Source of the DNA: Clostridia bacterium
Lineage (GTDB): Bacteria > Bacillota > Clostridia > Christensenellales > RUG350
Length of the DNA: 35,433 nucleotides
Reading direction: 5' to 3'
Assembly (NCBI GenBank): GCA_045633305.1
Contig: JAZQYG010000093.1
Location: 1 to 35,433 of the forward strand
Shown here one piece after another: positions 1 to 6,812 of the stretch. The notes beneath the pieces were generated by a model that was not told the origin of the DNA, did not search any database, and was given only the letters and a program-made list of their open reading frames with translations. How positions within the stretch are numbered: position 1 is the first letter of the stretch; each line of letters begins with the position of its first letter. A program made the position numbers and the translations under genes.

Positions 1-249
1 ATATTCGTTGTATATTTTTCTCTATACTTTTAGAAAAATATAAAAAAATAGTCTTAAAATTCATTTTAAAATTTTTATATTGCTATATTTTATTATAGCA
101 TATTCAAGAGGCGTAAATTTAATATTGCTATATATAAATAATTGCTTTGTTTTAATTTGGCGTTATTTTTTAAAAATTTTGCCTTCTTTTTTATTATTTT
201 TCTGTTTTTTGGAGTATAAATTTGTAACTTTTTTGTTATACTATCGGTA

Positions 250-495
250 ATAATAGCCAAAGTTTATCCTTTTGTGGACAAGAATCTCTAAAAAGAGAAT
301 AAGTTTAACAAAAAGTTGAAAACTTGCTCTTTATTCACATTATTATTAACTTAAATAACTTGCTAAAAATAACAATATGTAGTATATTATATGTAGTGAA
401 TTTTCGATATGTTGATTTTTTTATTACATATCCACATATTCCACGTCCTTATTATTATAAACATTTTTAATAAAATAAATATATAAAGAATAAAA
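250..495. other. oriC: Probable replication origin oriC with DNA-unwinding element
   Basis: Non-coding, very AT-rich, directly upstream of dnaN. DnaA-box matches: TGTGGACAA (273-281, reverse), TTATTCACA (331-339), tandem ATATCCACA/TATTCCACG (428-445). These are followed by TCC, TTA-TTA-TTA trios (449-457) and an AT-rich tract, the arrangement known from the Bacillus subtilis basal unwinding system. Confidence 0.8.
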
Positions 496-505
496 GGTGA
501 GTAAA

Positions 506-1609
506 ATGAAAGTTTTTTGTCACGGTTTAGATTTAGCAGATGCATTAATTAAAGTATCAAGGGCTATCCCTGCAAAAAAGACCGTTCCTATTTTGGAAGG
601 AATTTTAATTAGCGCTAGCGGTTCTACCCTTACTATAACTGCAACAGACCTTGAACTTGGAATTGAAAAAAGAATAAATGCAGACGTTAAAATTGACGGA
701 GAAGTTGTTGTTCCCGGCAAAGAAATAGTTGATTTTATTAGAACGTTAACTTCTGAACAAATAGAATTAGATTCAAGTGAAGACGGTATCATAAAAATAA
801 GATATCAAGACAGTGAACTTTCTTTGAAAACAATGCCTGCTGATGAATTTCCTCCTCTTCGTGAAATAGGGGAAGAAGTTTCTTTTTCAATAGTTCAAAA
901 GGAATTCAAAGATTTAATAGCAAAAACCAAGATTTGCGCTTCAATAGACGATTCACGTCCTATTTTAAAAGGATGTTTACTTGAAGTAGAAGAAAATAAG
1001 ATAACGGGGGTTACCTTAGACGGATACCGTTTAGCAGTTTGTGAAAAAGCGCTTGAGAGAAATAACGGCAAAAAAGAGGTAGTTGTTCCCGTAAAAACAC
1101 TTGAAGAGATTAGTAAACTTTTAGAAGACGACGAGTATATTGTAACCGTATTTTTGCAAGATAATTATTTGATGGTAGACCTAGAGCATACTAAAATTGT
1201 TTCAAGATTACTTGACGGAGAATTTACAAAGTACAAAAAAATAATTCCTTCTGAATTTAGTTCCGTCGTTACCATAAATAAAAATCAACTCGCTCTGGCT
1301 CTCGATAGAGCAAGTCTCGTATCTCGTGGAGATAAGAGTAATATGGTTAAATTTGATATTAAGGAAAAATCCCTTATTATCGAATCAAAATCGGAAAGCA
1401 GTAATATCAAAGAAAACGTAACGGTATCGCTCAACGGAAAGGATATAGAAATAGCCTTTAACGCTCGTTACTTTATAGAGTGTATGAAAGTAATAACCGA
1501 CGATTACGTAAAACTTAGTTTTTCAACAAGCATAAATCCTTGTTTAATAAGACCCGCAGAAGGAGAAGAATACACCTACTTAATTCTTCCTGTAAAACTT
1601 AACTACTAA
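506..1609 (+). CDS. dnaN: DNA polymerase III beta sliding clamp
   Basis: Motifs PILEGILI, ATDLE, SRPILKG, TLDGYRLA, SRLLDGEF, IAFNARY, YLILPV. ATG at 506 is preferred to GTG at 497 because AGGTGA (495-500) is a well-spaced SD. Confidence 0.97.
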   Translation: MKVFCHGLDLADALIKVSRAIPAKKTVPILEGILISASGSTLTITATDLELGIEKRINADVKIDGEVVVPGKEIVDFIRTLTSEQIELDSSEDGIIKIRYQDSELSLKTMPADEFPPLREIGEEVSFSIVQKEFKDLIAKTKICASIDDSRPILKGCLLEVEENKITGVTLDGYRLAVCEKALERNNGKKEVVVPVKTLEEISKLLEDDEYIVTVFLQDNYLMVDLEHTKIVSRLLDGEFTKYKKIIPSEFSSVVTINKNQLALALDRASLVSRGDKSNMVKFDIKEKSLIIESKSESSNIKENVTVSLNGKDIEIAFNARYFIECMKVITDDYVKLSFSTSINPCLIRPAEGEEYTYLILPVKLNY

Positions 1610-1615
1610 TTTTAA

Positions 1616-1636
1616 GGCGCAGAGAAATTTTGCGCC
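1616..1636 (+). terminator. Stem-loop after dnaN (possible terminator or processing hairpin)
   Basis: GGCGCAGA-gaaat-TTTGCGCC inverted repeat with one G-U pair; no clear U tract on the + strand. Confidence 0.4.
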
Positions 1637-1650
1637 AAACTTATAAAAAA

Positions 1651-2589
1651 ATGATATATAACTTTAATTTAAAAGAAAAAGCAACTAAATCCTTGAAGGG
1701 AAAATGGTTTGACGTAACGTTAACCGTATTTATATTTTCTCTAATTACGGCGATTGCTGGAATAGTATATAATATACTTACCGAAACTCTTCGTGAACAA
1801 GTTGTATTACTCGAAGAACAAATGGCAAGTATAATGCCTTTTGAGAGTCAAGAAAATTTAGAACTTTATAACTCTTTATTTAGTAAATATATTTCCGTTT
1901 TATCAAACCTTTCTATATATTCTTTGATAACCGCGTTTGGAGCGCTTATATTTAACGCGTTTACAATGACTATCACCTCAATTTATATGATAGTTGCAAA
2001 TGGTGGAGAATATAAAATAAGAGATTTAAAATCAAGAATAAAAAGTATAAAGGATAGTTTTCTTTTAAACGTTTTAATAACTTTAAAATTAATTCCTTGG
2101 TTTTTATTATTTGTTATACCCGGAATTGTAAAATCCTTTTCATACGCGCTTTCAAACTATATAAAGATTGAAAATCCTGAATATGGATACAGAAGAGCGA
2201 TAAAAGAAAGTGAAATAATTATGAACGGCAATAAAAAGAATTTGTTCATATTTTATCTATCTTTTATAGGGTGGTATCTACTTGAAAGCGTAGCGCACAC
2301 TTTTGTGATTACAATGATACCCACAAGCGGTTTATGGATAATTCTTGTAGAGATATTATTGCTTGCGATAAGTATGCCTTTAAAGGTATACGTAGGTGTA
2401 TCAACCGTGAATTTTTATAACGTGGTTAAAAATCAACCGAGAGGGTATGCTCAATTTACAAATCAAGGAAAATATTACTATCAAAAAGAAGCATTTTCAG
2501 ATTTTAACGACAAAAAAGAAGAGCCTTTTTCTAACTTTGGAGTAGAAGAAAAATCAACGAAAGAAAAAGACCCGTTTAGTGATTTTTAG
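1651..2589 (+). CDS. DUF975-family integral membrane protein
   Basis: N-terminal LKEKATKSLKGKW, multiple hydrophobic segments and the family-typical LLFVIPGIVKSFSYA...ENPE...AIKES...MNGNK...LSFIGW. ATG 1651 chosen over TTG 1630, which lies inside the hairpin. Confidence 0.8.
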   Translation: MIYNFNLKEKATKSLKGKWFDVTLTVFIFSLITAIAGIVYNILTETLREQVVLLEEQMASIMPFESQENLELYNSLFSKYISVLSNLSIYSLITAFGALIFNAFTMTITSIYMIVANGGEYKIRDLKSRIKSIKDSFLLNVLITLKLIPWFLLFVIPGIVKSFSYALSNYIKIENPEYGYRRAIKESEIIMNGNKKNLFIFYLSFIGWYLLESVAHTFVITMIPTSGLWIILVEILLLAISMPLKVYVGVSTVNFYNVVKNQPRGYAQFTNQGKYYYQKEAFSDFNDKKEEPFSNFGVEEKSTKEKDPFSDF

Positions 2590-2590
2590 T

Positions 2591-4048
2591 ATGAAAAAAG
2601 GTATTTTACTTGCAATAAGCAGTCTTCCTTCCGATTACGGCATAGGCACTTTCGGAAAGGAAGGCTTTTTGTTTTGTGATTTTTTAAAAAAGAGTGGTCA
2701 ATCAATTTGGCAAATTTTACCCCTTAGCGTAACCTCTTATAGTGATTCGCCTTATCAGTCGCCATCTAACTTTGCTATAAACCCTTACTTTATTGATTTT
2801 GACGAGTTACAAAAAGAAGGGCTGTTAAAAGAAGAAGAATATAATTGTGTTGATTTTGGAGATGGAAACAAGGTTGACTACGGTAAACTTTATCAAAATA
2901 GAAAAAACGTTTTAGAAAAAGCGTTTCAAAGATTTGAAGAAAACAAAGAATATATAAAATTTTGCAAAAAAAATGCTTACTGGCTTGGCGATTACGCCCT
3001 TTTTATGAGTATAAAACGGTTATACGGGGGTGCGCCTTGGTCAGAGTGGAGTGAAGAGGAAAAATTTCGCAAAAAAACCGCTCTTGATAAAATAAGGGAA
3101 AGCGAAAAAGAAAGCATAGAGTATTACAAAAAAGAGCAATTCTTTGCAAACAAGCAGTGGAAAAAGTTAAAAAGTTACGCAAATAGTCAAGGAATAGAAA
3201 TAATAGGTGATATGCCTATATATAGTTCTTTTGATAGTCACGACGTTTGGAAAAATCCAAAAAGATTTATGCTTGATAAACAGTTGAATCCAACCCACGT
3301 TGCAGGCGTACCACCGGACGGATTTAGTCCAGAGGGACAACTTTGGGGAAATCCTCTTTATAACTGGGAGTACGAAGAAAAGACCGGTTTTAAACAGTGG
3401 ATAAAGAGAATTAATAGACAAAGTGAACTCTTCGATACCATAAGGATAGACCATTTCAGAGGATTTGAGGCGTTTTTTGCAATTCCAGCAGGAAAGAGCG
3501 CAAAAAAGGGTAAATGGATAAAAGCCCCCGGCTTAAAACTATTTAATAAGATAAAACAAGAGTGTAAGATAAACATAATTGCAGAGGACCTTGGGCTTAT
3601 AACCCCAGCAGTAAGAAGACTTTTGAAAAAAACAGGTTTTCCTAATATGAGGGTGATGCAGTTTGGTTTTGACGGGGATTTGTCTCACGAGTATATTCCC
3701 GAAAATTATCCTAAAAACTGCATAGCGTATACGGGAACACACGATAATGAAACCACTCTTGCTTGGTATAATAGTCTTTATGGAAAGAAAAAAGATTTCG
3801 TTGATAAATATATAAATTATAGCGCAAATCCCGTCTTTGCTCTTATTAAAAAGGCGTTTTTCTCAAAAGCGGATAGAGTGGTAATACCTATTCAAGATTA
3901 CCTTTTACAGGGAGAAGAGGCTCGCATGAACGCTCCTGGAGTATCTATGGGAAACTGGACGTATAGAATAAAGAAAGAAAATTTGACCGATAGATTTTTG
4001 ATTCGCACGATAAAAGATTTATCCACGAGGAGATGGGATAATGACTAA
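2591..4048 (+). CDS. malQ: 4-alpha-glucanotransferase (amylomaltase, GH77)
   Basis: GILLAISSLP, WQILPL, DSPY, IIGDMPIY, AGVPPDGFS-GQLWGNP, RIDHFRGF, IIAEDLG, YTGTHDN, RMNAPG-GNW motifs. Confidence 0.96.
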   Translation: MKKGILLAISSLPSDYGIGTFGKEGFLFCDFLKKSGQSIWQILPLSVTSYSDSPYQSPSNFAINPYFIDFDELQKEGLLKEEEYNCVDFGDGNKVDYGKLYQNRKNVLEKAFQRFEENKEYIKFCKKNAYWLGDYALFMSIKRLYGGAPWSEWSEEEKFRKKTALDKIRESEKESIEYYKKEQFFANKQWKKLKSYANSQGIEIIGDMPIYSSFDSHDVWKNPKRFMLDKQLNPTHVAGVPPDGFSPEGQLWGNPLYNWEYEEKTGFKQWIKRINRQSELFDTIRIDHFRGFEAFFAIPAGKSAKKGKWIKAPGLKLFNKIKQECKINIIAEDLGLITPAVRRLLKKTGFPNMRVMQFGFDGDLSHEYIPENYPKNCIAYTGTHDNETTLAWYNSLYGKKKDFVDKYINYSANPVFALIKKAFFSKADRVVIPIQDYLLQGEEARMNAPGVSMGNWTYRIKKENLTDRFLIRTIKDLSTRRWDND

Positions 4049-4682
4049 ACTCATACTTGTAAGACACGGACATAGTAAAACCAACGAAGAAAACGTTTTT
4101 GCCGGCCACTTTGATACACCGCTTACTGAACAAGGTGTAAAACAAGCGGAAATTACGGCAGAGTACGTAGCAAAAAACTACGACGTTGATATAATTTTTA
4201 CAAGCGACCTAAAAAGAGCAAGAATAACTGCCGAAAAACTTGCAACTTTAACAAATAAAGAAATAATTTGCTCACAAAAACTACGTGAAATAAACGGTGG
4301 AGAGTGGCAAGAAAAGCCGTATGCAGATTTATCTGAATTATATCCCGAAGATTATTCGGTATGGCAAAAGGATATGGGAAAAGCCGTTTGCACTGGTGGA
4401 GAAAGCGTAAAAGAATTATACGATAGAATAAACGAAGAAATAGAGAAAATAATCAATAATAACCCAAACAAAAATATTACAATAGTAACGCACGCAACTC
4501 CTATAAGGGTATTTACTGCAAAAGTAATGGGTTATACCGTAGAAGAATTAGCAAAAGTGAACTGGGTTCCAAATGCATCAGTTTCCGTATTTAAAATAGA
4601 AAACGGCAAAATTGAAATAGAAATACTTGGAGAAAACTCTTTTCACGGAGAACTTGCAACCGTTTTACCTAAAACAGTTTAA
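4041..4682 (+). CDS. Histidine phosphatase / phosphoglycerate mutase family protein
   Basis: LVRHG catalytic motif, SDLKRARITA, LREINGGEW, GGES, IVTH; overlaps the malQ stop. Confidence 0.9.
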   Translation: MTKLILVRHGHSKTNEENVFAGHFDTPLTEQGVKQAEITAEYVAKNYDVDIIFTSDLKRARITAEKLATLTNKEIICSQKLREINGGEWQEKPYADLSELYPEDYSVWQKDMGKAVCTGGESVKELYDRINEEIEKIINNNPNKNITIVTHATPIRVFTAKVMGYTVEELAKVNWVPNASVSVFKIENGKIEIEILGENSFHGELATVLPKTV

Positions 4683-4710
4683 AAAAATTATAAACAATAC
4701 ATAAAAATAG

Positions 4711-4739
4711 TTGCAAAAAAATTTTAAAAAGGCTACAAT
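4711..4739 (+). promoter_or_regulatory. Sigma-A promoter of tRNA-Ala
   Basis: TTGCAA-17 bp-TACAAT, 11 bp upstream of the tRNA. Confidence 0.75.
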
Positions 4740-4750
4740 ATAAGAGCCGT

Positions 4751-4826
4751 GGGGGTGTAGCTCAGCTGGGAGAGCACCTGCCTTGCAAGCAGGGGGTCAG
4801 CGGTTCGATCCCGCTCATCTCCACCA
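4751..4826 (+). tRNA. tRNA-Ala (anticodon TGC)
   Basis: 76-nt cloverleaf GGGGGTG...CATCTCC-ACCA with G3:U70, anticodon arm CCTGC-CTTGCAA-GCAGG, T-loop TTCGATC, encoded CCA. Confidence 0.98.
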
Positions 4827-4827
4827 T

Positions 4828-4864
4828 AATTCTCGGTTGCTTAGCTTCCGAGAATTTTTATTTT
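4828..4864 (+). terminator. Intrinsic terminator after tRNA-Ala
   Basis: AATTCTCGG-11 nt-CCGAGAATT followed by TTTATTTT. Confidence 0.75.
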
Positions 4865-4905
4865 AGGTATTTCGATATTTACTCAATTTATCAAAAAACG
4901 GAAAA

Positions 4906-6237
4906 ATGGAAAAACTGAAAAAGAAAATTTCAAATTTAATATTCCCCGCATTTCTATTTGGCTGTGGAACGGGTATTATGACGGGAGCGGTTATAACCGT
5001 TTATAAGTTCGTTGCCCATCACGCAGTCACACTTTCTTCGTCTTCCTACGAATTTGTTCGCCAAAATCTTGAATTTATTCCTCTTTTTATTATAGGTTTT
5101 ATAGGTATTGCTATTTTGATGGCTTTTATCTATAAAAAACAAGGGGATTTAAAAGGTGGAGGAATACCAACTTCGATAGGAATACTTAGAGGAATAATTA
5201 CCTTTAAATGGTTTAGAAATCTAATTGGAACCTTCTTTTTGTCCCTCGTTGCTTTTTTGACGGGCGTACCTCTTGGGACGGAAGGCCCGTCTGTTCAAAT
5301 GGGAACGGCAATAGGTAGAGGTTCGGCTAATTGTTTTTGTAGAAACAACAAGGAATTGGGAATATATTCAATGACGGGTGGCGCGTGCGCAGGTTTTGCA
5401 ACGGCAACGGGCGCGACGTTATCGGGAATAACTTTTGCTTTGGAAGAGGCGCACAAAAGTATTTCGCCTATGATAATAATAGTATCTTCAATCGCCGTAG
5501 TTTTTTCGAGAATAACGGCGGAACTTCTCTGTCCCGTGCTTGGCGTATCGGTAAGTCTAATTCCTAAATTTGATTTATTGACTTTACAAGTAAAAGATAT
5601 TTGGATTGCAATTTTGGTAGGAGTTAGCGTAGGACTTTTCTCCGTACTATTTTTGAAATATTACAAACTTTTGAACAACTTTTTTAATAAGACGCTCAAA
5701 AAAGTAAAGGCGGTTTATAAAATAACGGGGGTATACGTAGTAACGTTTGGAGTAGGAATTTTATCTTTTTCCTTTATTTCCACGGGACACGATTTAATTT
5801 TATCAATATTTGAAAAAAGCCCCGAACTTTTAGTCTTGATAGCAATAATCCTTATCCGTTCAACGTTGACCGTTAGCGCAAACGTAAACGGACTTACGGG
5901 CGGAATATTTTTGCCGATTTTAGCGCTTGGAGCGAGTTTTGCATCTTTTATCGCTGTGGGCGCGCAAAGCATTTTTGGATTGAGCGAATCCTATTACACC
6001 GCTTTTCTTGCGCTTGGAATCACGGCTTGCATATCTGGTATGATGAAAATGCCACTGACTGCAATAGTTTTTTCGGTAGAGGCGCTATGTTGCGCCCAAA
6101 ACGTATTGCACGTAATAGTGGTTGTTTCAATAACCTACGTGATATGCGAATTATTTGGCGCAAAATCAATAAACGATAGCGTTTTGGAAAGAAAAATAGA
6201 AAGAATAAAGCAAAAAGAGCAAAATCAAGGCAATTAA
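4906..6237 (+). CDS. ClC-family chloride channel / H+/anion antiporter with variant filter motifs
   Basis: GGGIP, GTEGPSVQMG, FALEE, GGIFLP, MPLTAIVFSVE motifs and many TM segments; no C-terminal CBS or TrkA domain. Confidence 0.9.
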   Translation: MEKLKKKISNLIFPAFLFGCGTGIMTGAVITVYKFVAHHAVTLSSSSYEFVRQNLEFIPLFIIGFIGIAILMAFIYKKQGDLKGGGIPTSIGILRGIITFKWFRNLIGTFFLSLVAFLTGVPLGTEGPSVQMGTAIGRGSANCFCRNNKELGIYSMTGGACAGFATATGATLSGITFALEEAHKSISPMIIIVSSIAVVFSRITAELLCPVLGVSVSLIPKFDLLTLQVKDIWIAILVGVSVGLFSVLFLKYYKLLNNFFNKTLKKVKAVYKITGVYVVTFGVGILSFSFISTGHDLILSIFEKSPELLVLIAIILIRSTLTVSANVNGLTGGIFLPILALGASFASFIAVGAQSIFGLSESYYTAFLALGITACISGMMKMPLTAIVFSVEALCCAQNVLHVIVVVSITYVICELFGAKSINDSVLERKIERIKQKEQNQGN

Positions 6238-6452
6238 TCTTTAGGAAAATCAAGTTCTTTTTTTCTATCTAAAATAGGCAAATACTCACCCCATTTATAA
6301 TCGCGGATAGGCATAACGGGGTGAGAGGGGTCGTCGAAGAGCAAAACGAGAGCAGGTGAAATTCCGTTATATGAGTTCGTGAAGAAAAAATTCACGAGTT
6401 TTCCCTCTTTTATAAGTCGCTTTGCAGTAGCGTGATAATTAAAGTAACTCAT
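6234..6452 (-). CDS. Small hypothetical protein (72 aa)
   Basis: ATG-started ORF convergent with ClC. Its pattern (YFNYHA-AK-LI-EGKL...ISPALVL...PMPIR...W-EY) resembles a small clostridial family that I recall but cannot verify here. Confidence 0.7.
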   Translation of the reverse strand: MSYFNYHATAKRLIKEGKLVNFFFTNSYNGISPALVLLFDDPSHPVMPIRDYKWGEYLPILDRKKELDFPKD

Positions 6453-6555
6453 TAATTAAATATACCCAAAACACAACAATATATAATATAATTAATACAC
6501 TAAGTAATAAAAACAATATAAATAGCAATCTGCGATTAAAAATGAAATCAAAATG

Positions 6556-6590
6556 AAAAAGCAAAACGAGAGGTTTGCTTTTTTTTATTT
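6556..6590. terminator. Terminator-like hairpin upstream of the accessory operon promoter
   Basis: AAAAAGCAAA-8 nt-TTTGCTTTTT followed by further T residues. Confidence 0.45.
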
Positions 6591-6605
6591 CAAAAAATGA
6601 AATAA
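6585..6605. promoter_or_regulatory. Candidate ROK-family operator O1 (TTATTT-N9-AAATAA)
   Basis: TTATTTCA-AAAAA-TGAAATAA, a perfect 8-5-8 palindrome in the NagC/Mlc operator format. Confidence 0.6.
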
Positions 6606-6685
6606 TTTAAAAAAACGAATATTTCCATAACAAATTTTTTCGTTAAAAAAATTTCAAAAATTCACAACTTTTTATAAAAAATGTA

Positions 6686-6713
6686 TTGACAAATTTTAGC
6701 AATATGCTATAAT
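6686..6713 (+). promoter_or_regulatory. Consensus sigma-A promoter of the ABC/surface-protein operon
   Basis: TTGACA-16 bp-TATAAT with extended -10 TG at 6705-6706. The palindrome TAGCA-ATA-TGCTA (6697-6709) covers the spacer and the start of the -10. Confidence 0.88.
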
Positions 6714-6752
6714 GCGTGCGAAGTGGAGAGACTCCACTTTATTTTGGAGCAA

Positions 6753-6773
6753 TTATTTCGCTAAAAAAAATAA
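6753..6773. promoter_or_regulatory. Candidate ROK-family operator O2 (TTATTT-N9-AAATAA)
   Basis: AATTATTT-CGCTAAAAA-AAATAATT in the transcribed leader. Confidence 0.6.
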
Positions 6774-6812
6774 TTAGTCAAAAATCAAAAAATTTAACTT
6801 TTGGAGGAAGTT

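Noticed and set aside
4906-6237. CLC-F fluoride exporter assignment
   Set aside because: The CLC-F signatures (GNNLI/GMGLI, GREGT, GEVTP) are absent and no fluoride riboswitch is apparent upstream.
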